From contig CM052832.1 of assembly GCA_028534125.1 (NCBI GenBank), positions 12,030,001 through 12,094,000 of the forward strand: 64,000 nucleotides of DNA, in the 5' to 3' direction. The position numbers and the translations under genes are program-made. Shown one piece after another: positions 12,428 to 24,859 of this stretch. The stretch's first letter is position 1; the number at the start of each line of letters is the position of its first letter. The stretch comes from Lama glama. Taxonomy: Eukaryota. A model generated the notes under the pieces. The model did no database searches and was not told the origin of the DNA. It saw only the letters and a list, made by a program, of their open reading frames with translations.

Positions 12428-12830
12428 CTGTGTCAGTAGGGGTACAGATTAAGCTGTTGTGTCAGAGAGACACAATGTCTTTGATAAAAATAGAAGGTTA
12501 TTTTTCTCTCCCTTAACAGTTGAGGACTGATAAGCAGGTTTTCCCTCATGACCTCATGGAACTCACACTTGCAAAGTGGCTCTGCCAGCCTTTAGATGTG
12601 ACTTCCATGGTTCCTCTGGTGGACTCTGTGGTGGCAGAGGAGTGTATGCCCAATGTATCAAGACCAAAGCTTGGAAGTGTAATTCATTACTTACATTCAC
12701 ATTCTGTTGGTGAGAACTTAGCTCCTGGCCACACCAGGGAAGCTGGGAAATAATAGTCTCTGTTGGGTAGCCACGTGCCAGCTAAAATTTGTTGAAGAGG
12801 AGAGAACAAGTTTTGAAGGCTTGCCACTTC
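12428..12830 (-). mobile_element. Old MaLR LTR (MLT1-like)
   Basis: 'tgtgtcagtaggggtacagattaagctg...aaatagaaggttatttttctctc', 'cacattctgttggtgagaacttag', 'ggaagctgggaaataatagtct'. Confidence 0.72.
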
Positions 12831-14554
12831 ATCTTATATCTAATGTTTTCTTTGTTCATAACATAAAATTCAGTGTCAGTTCAAAGTGAAGCACTTTTCT
12901 CTAACTCTTCCCCCATTCCCACCTCTCAAAACTAATAAAAATGAAAGGGATATGTTTGCCCTTGTCTTAAAATGGAAGATTAACTTGATGCATTAGATCT
13001 GCAAAATCAGCAGAAATTGATAGAATTGCTCTTTGCCCTGCAGTAGTCTTTGATAATCTGTGTGTATTCATATATCTTAAAAAAAAAAAAAAAGAAAAGT
13101 CAGTCAGAAGGCCTGTTGGCCACTTGTGAAAGGATAAAAAAAGGAAGTTCACTGAGAACAATTCTGAGTGAGAATATCCAAGTACTTATAGGGGAGGGGT
13201 TGTTTCCAGTCCCAGCAGTAAGGCTGTTGTAGTCTGATGGCTCTATTCATTTGAAACCTAACTCTCCATTTTGGAATCCAAATTCATTAAACACCTTCCT
13301 GATTCCCATGGAATTCTCTGTACATAGAGAGAATGCACCAGTCATGCCATCTGTAGCTATTTCTGGTTTCTGTGAAAGTGGTTTCTTATGATTTAAAGAA
13401 AAGTAGTTGAAAATCATAGTGATATATTCCCTCCTAATTCTCTAGGAAATTAGTTTCCAATTATGATTTTGACTTCTGCTGAAGTGGTTTAACTATACAG
13501 GGGTGGAAGATACTGATCATGCCAGCATGTATTCTTTTACCCTTGTGACAAAATATTTTTTATTGTAAATTAGTAAATCATTCTAGTGACTACTATGGTT
13601 TTAATTTTACTAAGAGCAAGTCTGTTTCTAAGGGCTTGATCACCTGGACACTGACAAGATAGCCAGATTCAACTTGCTTGCCCTTGTTTGATACTGCTAC
13701 CCTCTCCAGATAGACAGGAAAGGAGGCAGGGAGGGGAGGAATGAATTATTCTGATCTCTGATGACTCATGTCTCCATCATGAGTCTGAAGAATTTGGGCT
13801 GGAGGGCAAAGACTATCTCTTTGTGGTTTTATTTTATAATGTTTATCAAGCAAGAGTAGCTTTAAGAAATAACTGAAATATTTGCCTAAATACTATCAAA
13901 ATAAGTATCAGCTATGCCAAAACTAAAACTAGTTTCTGAATGGGTAGAACTAAATAACCCCATGTTATTTAGTCAGTGTGTACAGTTTTCAAAAGATTCA
14001 TAATGTTAAATTTACTGGAATGTAGCTTTGCATACAAATCATGTTCTGCAGAAGACAACTTAGATACTTTTGTGGTCAAGGTGGCTCATCCATTTATTAA
14101 ATAAACATTGATTTAAGTCTTGCCATGCACTTGCACTCACTATTCTAATAATAATCCATTTCTCTATGTTAGGCAAGACTACTTAATTTTTCCTAGGCAA
14201 TTTTTGTGCTTAGGGATCCTAAAGAGAAGAAATTCCTAAACCATCTATACCTGGAAATGGTTTAAAGTCACTGCCCAGATTTTAAAATCTTGGCTAGATA
14301 CTTTTATTTCTGTCACATTCTTATATTTTTATTTAATCTATAAACTAACATTTATTGATAGTGATTAGTAACTGGAGAAATCTAAGTAGTGAAGGTTCAC
14401 CTCTATTTTCCAAGTAATTAGTCTACTTGGGCAGAAAAGACATAAATACGTCTTGTCATCTCCTAACAATTGAATAGATGTCTCAAAGCAGCTTATTTGC
14501 GAGTGAACAGTATAGTATAGTCAGAATTGCTGAAGGATTCCAGATAGGCAACAG

Positions 14555-14744
14555 AACATAGTGGTTTAGGAACACAGATTTTGAAACTACACTGCCTGAA
14601 TGTGAAGTGTAGGCCTGCTACTCACAAGTTACAAGGCTAGACAGTTGCTTAGTTTTCCTGTGACCCAGTTTCCCCATATGTTAAATGCAGATAATAATAG
14701 TACCCACCTTATAACGTTATTGTAAGATTTAAATTAAATTAGTT

Positions 14745-14786
<42 letters not shown>

Positions 14787-14835
14787 CACACTAGAATAGT
14801 GCCTGGTACATAGTAAGCATGAAATAATAAAAATA
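14555..14835 (+). mobile_element. MIR SINE containing a microsatellite
   Basis: 'cagtttccccatatgttaaatgcagataataatagtacccaccttat', 'tagaatagtgcctggtacatagtaagca'. Confidence 0.88.
14745..14782. repeat. (TA)4(TG)15 microsatellite
   Basis: Read directly from the sequence. Confidence 0.97.
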
Positions 14836-14859
14836 ACAATAACAATAATAGTGAAAAAC

Positions 14860-16190
14860 ACTGTACACCAAAATGCTGTTGGAAGATTGTGTGGTGGGTT
14901 AAGTTGAGATTTGAAGGAAAGAGGGAATTTGGGTACACTTACAGGAGTGGAGTGGTGTGGCTTGTCCAGACAAGGCAGGGAGACTATAAAATGTGTAGAG
15001 GACACTGAGTTCAGAGTTATCTGAAACATGAGGATATAAATGCTGGGCAGAAAGGCAGACTTAGGCCTAACTCTTGAAGACTTTCAATGTTAACTGTCAG
15101 GAGTTTGGATTTACTCTTTGTGGGTGGTAGGTTACCAGCATTATTTTCATTTTGGTATGAGGTAGTTTGCTGGATTGGTGGAGACAGATGGTGAGAGTGG
15201 TGGCAGGTGACATTGAAGCCATGGTGTAGGCCTGAACTGGGATGTGTACAGTAAAAATGGCAACAAGGAAGTGTCTGCAACTGTCTTCATCATGGAATTG
15301 AAAGGATTTGCCCGCCTTTATTTTTTGAGCATTTTTCTCCTACCTAGTATGTACTCTCCTCTGGCTTGTTATCTTTAACTACAGAGGGAAGCTCAGAATA
15401 GGGAGCAGTCTGTGGGTGAAATACCAGATTTTTCAGACGTGTCTGGGTTGAAAGGCTAATTGGAAATGCCTGACAGGTAGTTGGAAATGAAGGATTCAAA
15501 CCCAGGAGAGAAGTGAAGGCTGGAGTTGGAAATAGGGCAGTCATCTCCTTAGAGCTAATGTTTGAATCATGGGAAGAGTTAAAATCTTTGGGAGAGAGAC
15601 TAGGAAGAGCAGGGCCCAGTCCTTGGGTTGAAGGGAGTTTGACAAAGCAACCAAAGAACTGGGAGAAAACCAGGGTGGTGTTAACAGCTTGCATTAAAAA
15701 AGAGAAGAGAGTTTGCAAACAGAGTGCACAGTCAGCAGTGTTAGAGGCTGCAGAACAAACAGAATGCGGCCTGAAATAGTTATTGTGTATGGCAATAAGA
15801 AGGCCTTTAGTAATCTTGGTAAGTGAAGTTTCAGTAGACTGTAAGAAACCAGATTTGGGGGTCTTTCATTTGAGAAGTATGCATATGAAAGGAAGAAGAA
15901 ATATATGGTGGCTCTAGTAGATACAGATAAAGATTTTCAGGCAGAGAGAGAAGCCAGTGGAGAAGGAGAGATTAAAGATTTGGGAGAAGGAGGTGCAATG
16001 AACTGGCAAGGAGCTCGAGCAGATGGGAAGGGTAAGATGGAGCCTGTGGGCTTAACTTCAGAAAGGAGGGGGCCCATGCTCTTGGGCAGTGGCGTCTTGT
16101 GCCCAGGACAGCGCTAGACACCTAGAGGGTTTTTGGAAACATTATATAAAGGTGCGACTGAAAGGAAGGAGACAGCCTAGGTGTAAATAC
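14860..16190 (-). mobile_element. Degraded L2 fragment
   Basis: Purine-rich antisense L2 motifs 'gttgagatttgaagg', 'ggagtttggatttactct', 'ggcaataagaaggcctttagtaatcttgg'. Confidence 0.65.
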
Positions 16191-16309
16191 AGATATTCAG
16201 AAGTAGGAGATGAAAATGAGTGAGTTAATAATACCTGATGTATAAACTTCTGTTACGAAGGGAGGAAACAGGATCATCAGACAAGGTGTTCACAAGGATG
16301 GTAATGATG

Positions 16310-16530
16310 ATGATTAACATCTACCTTTGTGCCAAACACCACTTCAAGTATTTTACATGTGTTATCTCACTTATTTCTCAAACCTGTAAGGTAAGTACTG
16401 TTTCCCCATTCATTAGATGGAGAAATTAAGGCAATAAGGATTAACTAATTTGCCCCCAAACATACATTTTGTAAGGGCGTATTGGGGATCTGAACCAAGA
16501 GAGTCTGACTTCATGGATCATGATCTTAAC
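16310..16530 (-). mobile_element. MIR SINE
   Basis: 'ttttacatgtgttatctcacttattt...aaggtaagtactgtttccccattcattagatggagaaattaaggc...ctgaaccaag'. Confidence 0.85.
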
Positions 16531-16639
16531 TATGGGGCTGTTGCTTCTTAGTCCTTGGGAATGAATGGAAGATTTCAAACATTTAAGAGATTTAGAACAT
16601 TTATGGTAGAAATGGTGCTTGGGAAGCAAGCCATAAGAT

Positions 16640-17075
16640 ATATTTTTTAAAAAATCTTTTTTAATAGCAGTGATTTTTCTAAAAATGACTTCGTTTTTGG
16701 TTGTTCTGAAAATAATATATGCTTACGGAAGAAAACTAAGAAAATAAAGTATACATTTGAACATTAATAATCCTAAACCCAGAGATAACCAATGTTGACA
16801 GTTTTGCATATTTTCATGTAACTTTTTTCTAAGATTATTTTTTCTCTTCACAAAATTGTATCATAATGTTTTCGTGTATGTATACACACATGAATAGTTA
16901 TATAACTTTGTGGGATTTTCATTTAAAATTTTATTGAGTATTATTTCATGTCATCAAATACACCACAAATCTCACTATTTCTCTTTTGTTGAATGAGCGA
17001 GTCATTTCTGTATTTTGTCCTTACAAGTAATGCTATAGTGGCCATCTTTCTTTGTCTGCAGTTCTTATTATCACC
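16640..17075 (-). mobile_element. Old L1 (L1ME/L1MC-like) 3' region
   Basis: 'ataatcctaaacccagagataaccaatgttgacagttttg', 'acaagtaatgctatagtggccatc'. Confidence 0.6.
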
Positions 17076-17374
17076 TTAGGCTAGTGTATTTATCAGGACT
17101 CCTTGGTTTGTAACTGATAGGAATCCACCTTGAACTGCCTTAGGTGAAAGCATAATTTTTTGGCTTAGGTAACTGCTGAAATGACAGGGATGTAGCTGGA
17201 GCCAGGGGCAACTCGGACACCCCAAAACCCCTCCACTCCATGTTTCTGGTTCTTTCTGCATGTCTGTTTTCTGAAACAGTTTCCCTTCATGCCCTGGGAA
17301 ACATGACCACAGATGGTCCTGAGCTGTAGCTCACAGCATTGCCAGCAGAGGGGGATTAAGCTTTTTTCCCCCAA

Positions 17375-17990
17375 ACTTTTTTTTGAAGTTCTTCCAACAA
17401 AAGGTTTTACTATACAAGTATGTTATACTTGCTTTGTCACGTATCTGTTCATCTGTCAATCCTGCTACCCATCAATGCATCTTTTTTAAAATTGAAGTAT
17501 AGTCGGTTTACAATGTTGTGTCAATTTCTGGTATACAGCATAATGATTCAGTTATACACACATATATATTCCTTTTCGTATTCTTTTTTATTATAGGCTA
17601 TTACAAGGTATCAAATATAGTTCCCTGTGCTCTACAGTAGGAACTTGCTGTTTATTTTTTATATAGTAGTTAGTATCTGCAAATCCCAAACTTCCATCTA
17701 TCCCTCCACCGCCTCCCCTTCCTCCTTGGTAGCCATAAATTTGTTTTCTTTGTCTGTGAGTCTGTTTCTGTTTCATCAATGCATCTTTAAAAAATCAATT
17801 TCAAAGTAAAATACAGACATCAGTACACTTTCCCCTGAATACTTCAGCATGTGTATCATCAACTTAGAGTTTACTGTTTGTTAACATTTTTTCTTTTTGT
17901 GTAAAATTTACATCCAAAGAAATTCACAAATCTTAAGTTTACATTTGCTGACTTTTGATAAATTCATATACCTGGAACCCTCAACTCTTA
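17375..17990 (-). mobile_element. Old L1 (L1MC/ME-like) fragment hosting a younger L1
   Basis: 'caaagtaaaatacagacatcagtacactttcccctgaatacttcagcatgtgtatc', 'cacaaatcttaagtttacatt...ttttgataaatt'. Confidence 0.65.
17485..17773 (-). mobile_element. Younger artiodactyl-type L1 3' end, 5'-truncated
   Basis: 'ttgaagtatagtcggtttacaatgttgtgtcaatttctggtatacagcat...atatagttccctgtgc'. Perfect 15-bp TSD catcaatgcatcttt at 17470-17484 and 17774-17788. Confidence 0.93.
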
Positions 17991-18479
17991 TGAGACTCAC
18001 TTTTTATGATCTTAAGATTGAAAGAAATCCCAGGAAATTGCTCTGACTAGCTCACTTTTGGTCTGGTGCCCATCCCTGAGCTCAAAGTTAAGCAACATTT
18101 CCCACAAGTAAGAGGATGCTGGGCAGACAGAACTATAGATATCTATAGGAGAGAGCTTCTTGGAAGTTGAATTACACTAATTGAATTTAGACAACATGCT
18201 TTTATGCTGTACAAAAAGCATGTGTATGGGTTTTGTCTCCTTTAGAAAGCTGCCTCTAATGTCCCACAGTAATGATTTTTTACTCTATGTACTTGTGCTT
18301 CATCATCTTTTTCTTTAATTGATGTATTACATGTTTTATATGTCTTTAAAAATAGATTATAAATTCTTGAAGGCAAAGGCCACTCTTCAAATCTCACGGT
18401 ATTTCTTGTATAATGGCGTGTGATGTTAGATACTCAAATTCTTCTCGAACCAGCCAGATCCTTTGTGCACCAGTGAAAA

Positions 18480-19005
18480 AGGTGCTTTTAGCTGCAGTTT
18501 GACTCAAAGAGTCTTAAATAATAAGTATGTATACTTCCCTGTGTAAAAGTACAGAGATTGGCCAGCTTCAGGGTTCGTTAATTTGTGGCTTAATGACATT
18601 GTAAAGAACCTAGGGTTTTTCTGTCTTAAGGCTCTGCCATCATTTCTATGTCAGCTTTGTCCTTAGACTGTATCCTTTCATGGTCATAAGATGGCTTTTA
18701 CACATCTAGGCATAACATCCAGGTGCAATAATATCTTTCCCCATCTGTCCCTCAAAAGAGCTAAGAAACCTTTCCCAAAAGCCCTCTATCAGACCTCCAT
18801 ATGTTATTGGCCTGAACTAATTGATATTAACAAACTCAAATCAGTTACTGGTTAAGATACTGGAACCATAGTGACTTATGGATGAGATTGACCCTTGGAT
18901 GAGTCATTTCTCCCCTTTCCACATGGGAGAGGGATGGATGCTGATACAATCAGGACTCTGTTAGTAAGAAGGAAGGAAGGAAGTATAGGAAACAGGTAGC
19001 ACCTA
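18480..19005 (-). mobile_element. MLT1K/L-like LTR
   Basis: 'tgcttttagctgcag...gactcaaagagtcttaaat', 'catggtcataagatggct', 'aagaaacctttcccaaaagccc', 'aatcaggactctgttagtaagaagga'. Confidence 0.75.
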
Positions 19006-19292
19006 TTACATAATGTTAGTGCTTAATGAAAATGCCTGATCTTGTCCTCGGAAGTTGTTGGTAGGAGGGTGCATTGAAAAAATTCTGTGTGTGACTTTTA
19101 TTTCTGCCTGAATACTATCTCAGTCAGTGACATTGGATACTATATATTGGTCCTGGTCTTGTAGATTTTAGGTGCTCAGTATTTTTTCCTACTTTTTCCT
19201 GGGATTTATCAGTCTTTGACTCTTACTGTATTTTGAAAATATGCATTTTAATTGTTTCATCTTAATTTCATCTGCAATTCCTGTAAGCCTAA

Positions 19293-19784
19293 TGTCTAAG
19301 CCTAGGTTCTCTGGCAAACAGATGCTGAGGCAAGGATTAAAGTGTTGATGCCCTCTTTGAAAGGTGCAGTTCCAGGTCTGGAAGGGTAAGGGGGAAGAAT
19401 GATGCAAAGAAATTGGTTTGATGTACTGTAGAACTAACTCTTGCTTCACAACAGGCTGTGAGGAGACATAGTAGGTCTCTCAGCAGATGTGTTCACTTGC
19501 CAATAGGGTTTCTCTGAAAGGGTTGCAGTGAGGAACTAGACTTGGAGTAGTCCTTAGAAAAGAGAAAGAAAAGGGGGAATTTATCTGTCTAGTTTCCTCC
19601 TGACTCGTTTCTGGTTGATGGACATTTATCCCATGGGGAGCTAACTCTGCACTCAAAAGCATTATCCAGGCCTCTGCGGCTACTTAGGGTGCTAGATCCA
19701 TGCCCTGCAGAGAGAAAGAGACAGATACTCATGGAGGTGGGTTGCAGGTATTTGAGAAGGTGCACTGGCTTGTGTCCCATTACA
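19293..19784 (-). mobile_element. ERVL solo LTR (LTR16 family)
   Basis: TG...CA termini: 'tgtctaagcctaggttctctggcaaacagatgctgaggcaaggatt' to 'gtgtcccattaca'; about 490 bp. Confidence 0.75.
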
Positions 19785-22700
19785 CCTAAGGAGGTTAAAG
19801 TTGAACTCTATTTGCCATAGCGTTATTTTCATATTTAGTTACTTGGAAGGATTAGTTTCAGAAAGTAAACCAGAAACTGCTTTTGCTATTCAAGGCTATA
19901 AAGTTTAAGATTATCTTCTTATGAAATGTTTTACTCCTCTCTGGTCTGGGCATCTCTTATAGGAACTGTTGGCACTGTTCTAGAGCCCACACATCACGCT
20001 GGTTGTTGTGGATCTAGGTTAACATTGACTTTTTCATCATCATTCTGAAATATGGCCACAGCTGAGTGGAGTGACTCTGGGCACCTAGATAGTCCAGTCT
20101 TTCCAAGTTTATCAAGATTGATGATTTCTTTGGAACTCTAGACACTTGGAAATCCTCTGAGTATTGGCTTTGAATTCTAAAAGTTCTCACAAGGCCAGCT
20201 TTTTTTCAGAGAACAATTTTTTTGCTTTTTAATTCAGAATGCAGAGAGAAGATCCTATTGGATTGGTGGCAAGAGAGGCACAATCTGCTTGAATGAAGGA
20301 AGGAGTGTCCTTTCTGAGTTGGTTTGGTCTTTGCATTCTTTGTATGTTCTGTTTTCTTGGGTTAGGATCTGTCTCTCTTCTTTTTTTTCCTAATTAGTGT
20401 ACTTTACTGAGATCACTATGATTGCTTAATAGGTATTGTAAAGTAATGGTAGCTGTTTTGGTTTGGGGGAGTACCACATGAGCTTGTTAGAGATAAATGT
20501 TAATTGTATTCATCTAATAAGTCTAAGGAGACTTCCCGGCTTCTGGGTCGTCATAGGAACTGAGGCAAGCATTTGGACATTCCCGGATGTCGCTATCTGA
20601 GCACTCTTGACCCGTCCTGAGTTGCCTACGGTGGGTGGCACTGGCATGAAGCTGTGGGGCTGTGTAGCTGTTTGAGCTGCATTGAAAACATGAAAATGTT
20701 TTGCCAGTCTTTAGTTTGTGCCATCTGTCCAGATTTTTGAAAATGTTCTAAAAGAATCTGTGTTCTTTCATCAGACTTAAGTGTCTGGACTTAACCCAGG
20801 GACATAAAGTCACATTAGGTCTGTTGGTCTTAAAACACACAGTTCTACATGTATCTGGTTAGTTGACCCTCTTCTTCCTATTTTTTTTTAATTAGTGGAA
20901 TGACTGAGTGTTATTTGCTTTATTTAAGATAACCGTGAAAATAAAAGCCCCTTCCCCCTACCATTTTCTAGTCCAGTGAGGATGATTTCCTTTCTCTTCC
21001 ATTCGCCTTGGACACTTGTTACCGGCCATGAGTTGTGAGGCTAGCTTGTAAGGCTGATTTAAGGTGGGATATTTTTTCTTTTTGAGGCTCTACTTATGAG
21101 CTAGAATCATAAAAATTCAAGAATTGTGCCAAATGTTCTTTTGTTGATGACTGTGATTTAGTCTGTTATGTAACTGTAATGTATAATTTACACATCCTGA
21201 AGATCATCAGTCTCTGTACAGAGTGACTATATTTAACCCTCACTTCTTTGGAAAAAGAGAACATTACCAATTATCTTTGAAACTACATTTGTGAGACAAT
21301 GCGCATTGATCCACCCTCTGCCTCCATTTTTAATTTTTGGTGTGTTAAGTAGCACTTTATGATTTATTCTATGCTTTTCATGTTATAAAGGCTGAGAGAA
21401 GAAAGAGAGCTTAGTGCTGGTGACTGTATCCTGAGGCTTCCATTGCTCATATTGTCTAAACCAAGAACAATGACATCATGTCTCTGTCATCTCTATGAAT
21501 ATGCAGGTCCACAAAGAACAAAAGGGTAAATTTCTTTCCACTATTATCTTTTAGTTGCAGAAGGGGAGTGGAGAGAATATTGAAATATTTGTTGGTGAAC
21601 AGTTCTACACTTGGTGATAAGAGAAGAACACTTCCTTTTTCTGTATTGTGATGCCACTAGTGCCTGTGTCATTTGAAGAGTTTTTGAGAAAGGAATGGTT
21701 AATGTTTGTTTTCTTTTATCTTAACCTTTGAAAGTTAAGTCCAGTTTTAAGCTCAAATTTCATAACAGTGTCTTTTAAATAAATTCGCTTATTTACCACC
21801 CAGCATTTTGCCTCATTGCCCTGCCGCAGGCTCTGTTTATGTGAACTTGTCGATGTAAGAGGAAATGTTGACCGTGTTCACATAGGACTGTATTCCCTTA
21901 AGAAAGAAAGCCTTGAATGAGAAAATGATGTTCTCATTAAATCAGCTCTTTAAGAGTAGGTGGGAGGAATTGCTATCGATCTAATGGATTTAATAGTTCA
22001 TATACAAAGTCTGTGGAATAGAAGTAATATTCTGCAGCTGAGTAACTGTAGCTTAATCCATCTTGAGACAGAATTCTGGAAGCATCTGTAAAACTGGAAA
22101 ATTACTTTTTCTTTCCTTTTTCTTTCCTTTTTTCAGGCACAACTGGACTAAATGTATCCCAAATACTTTAGAATTAAATTACATTCACATAAGTAGGTCT
22201 ACTAAAAATTATATGAAAAATTGAAATAAAATCATAAAATATAAATGTTAGGTTCTTCTTGGCTGTGTTTACTCTGGTGCCTTTGTTTGGAAGGGCTGTA
22301 GTGCTGAAGGGTAACCAGAGGTCACTTGTAGAAATTCTTTCTTTCTTAGGTGGTTCTCTAATAGCTAGTAGTGGTCTGTTTTAGTTCAGTTGGATGAAGT
22401 AGTCTTTTTAAGGTGGGTGGTGAAGTCAGACATTTAAACTTCTCTTCAGGCTCTCTCTTTGACCCTTTTAAAACCCTTTTCTTTTATTCTGCTCATTGAA
22501 AGCACATCACCGAGCGCTCCTTCTTTGTCAGGAAAGGCCAGCCATTTCCTTCTTCCCGCCTTAACCTTTAAAGACTAGTTGGTTCTGTGAAGATATGGGG
22601 GCTCCTAGGATGTGTGAGAATTTTGATAGGTATGCGTGACATTCTATGGATGGAAGTGAGGTGGGCCTTGTTCATGTTTCATTCTCATATAAACTACATA

Positions 22701-24859
22701 TTTCATTTATGTTTTACACCTACAAGATATTCAGTTTAGGTAGCACATACTGTTTGAAGGTTTTCAAGAAAATAAAAAGTGAAATAATAATAATAACAAT
22801 AATATTAGCAACTACAACTTTGTTTATTAGTAATGAAAAATGCAGAAGGAATTGGGACTTTTGGTAAATTTATAACTGAAAGAAGAGACCTGTATTAAAA
22901 TAACAGCAGTTCCATGTGTTTCTATAGAACATTGCTGTTTATAGATCCCTCTTCATCTGGACTTAGTGTGGCCTTATATGATAGCAGAAGGGTGGACTGG
23001 TTGGACTCCTGTGGCTTCCTTAGTTTGAAGACGTCTGGACCTAAATCTTCACACCAGCAATTTTAATTGGCATTGTTGCTGCACTGTGTCTGCTATTAGT
23101 GGCAGCTGTTCTTCATGTTTAATCTTTTCCCTCTTCTGCTTCTCTCATCACTGTCACTTTCCAGTTTGAAGACTAGAGTATGTGTAGCTGTCTTTATTTA
23201 CTTTTGTTCTGTGCAAGCATTTGCCTTATACTAAATGAGGTTGTCCTTTATGAGACAGCTGGCAATTTGTTTCTACAGTCAAGGCTCATATACTGCATCT
23301 CAGAACGTGGGATATGTTAGTAAGGCTTCAGAAATAGAAATGTCATCTGAATGAGCACCGCACTGGTGCTGGTGAGCTACAGACAACACCTCCACCCCTG
23401 CCCACCCCCCCAAAAAAGCCAGTACCGGAATGTCTAGTTGGTGGCGTTGGTACTTCTGCTTGTCTGCTCCGTCTCTCCTGACAGTTTTACAATCAATAAT
23501 AGACTGTGAGAAGGGCTATAAATAGGTATGTATATGTGTATGTCTTCATATTAATCTCCTTCTCCAAAGCAGAATCATTCCTTAGGGTCATTTTTATGAG
23601 CAGTACTCCTAATTTGATTTTAACGTCAGTCCAAGGAAGATTTTTTCTCTTCCATTTATATCGGAGTTGTTGAAAGCATCACTGAACCTTTAAACCAAGA
23701 TGGGAGCCCTTCTTAAAACATGCTTTTATTAAATCAACCTGATAAGAAAAATTCTATAAGCCAGATAAACTCCAAGGTTCCCTGGGCTCTAATGGGGTTC
23801 ATAGTTAGGCACTGGGTTAAAGGAGAGGCACTGTGAATTCCTCAGAATTTATAATTGGAGTATACGTTCCAACCCAGTCAAGAACCACTGGACTTAATAA
23901 TATAGCTTTTTGGCTGGATCTTTGTTATGTTTTTGTTAATTTGGGGGCTTTTAGACTGTACACACTTTAAAATCTTGTTATTTTTACATTACATGTATCA
24001 TAATGCTCAACATAAACTTCAGCATTAGGGTACAACCACAAAATTCTACCAGTGTAATAGTTAATTAAACATATTTATATAAAGAATACTTTATAATGGT
24101 ATAGGTTCATTTTTTAAATCCACCCCTTCAGAATTAAAAATTCACTTCGTAAGGGTGATGAAGATATTTCCTGAAATTTATTTAACTATTGATGACTTCC
24201 TCTAAAAGAATTATGTTTATTTTGTTTTGTTTCTGGTGAAAGGGTCAGGCAAAATAGCTTACCTCCCAGCAACAACTCTACTCTATTACAGAATCTGGTG
24301 AAGATTTTACAGAGCCTATTACGTAAAGTTGTTACAGAAGAATTCATTTCAATTCACTAAGCAAGTCCAGCCCTTTGCTTGGCTCTGGAGAGACAGTTGG
24401 GAAGGAACCTGCATCCCTGTTCTTAAACAGCTCACAGTGTACTGGAAGAGGAAGTTTCATGTGGATCTTCTCAGTTGATGGCACCTAATTGCTAGTCACC
24501 ATATGGCGTTTGGTGTGTACATGTTTCACGGGCACTCCACAATTAAACGGGTCATATGAACCATATTGTTCCTTTCCTTCTATAAAACTTAGTGGTAGTT
24601 TTTCATTGCCCTGTGGATCAAGCACAGAATCCCCACTCTGAGCTTTGAAAAGAACCCCAGACCATTTCCTTCACCTTCCTCTACTTGTACACATCTATGT
24701 CAAGTCTTTCCCAGAATTGCACCTTACACCCTTCCTGTCATCTCTCCACAGAAATCTTTACTCTCCCATATAAAAATTTTCCAGATGTGAAAAAGTGAAT
24801 GGTTTCCCTTCATACTTTGAATTGTGCATAATGAATATGTATTTAATCATAATTCAAGT

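Larger units (their letters stand above)
17085..18148 (-). mobile_element. MLT1J-like LTR split by nested L1s
   Basis: Left part 'tgtatttatcaggactccttggtttgtaactgataggaatcc' runs to about 17372. Right part from about 18015 reads 'aaatcccaggaaattgctctgactagc...gtgcccatccctgagc...ggatgctgggcagacagaac'. Confidence 0.68.

Noticed and set aside
13758..13788. C/D box snoRNA (TGATGA...CTGA)
   Set aside because: The boxes are only about 20 nt apart, far too short for a snoRNA.
18194..18223. 10-bp inverted repeat acatgctttt/aaaagcatgt
   Set aside because: Short, AT-rich and isolated; plausible by chance.
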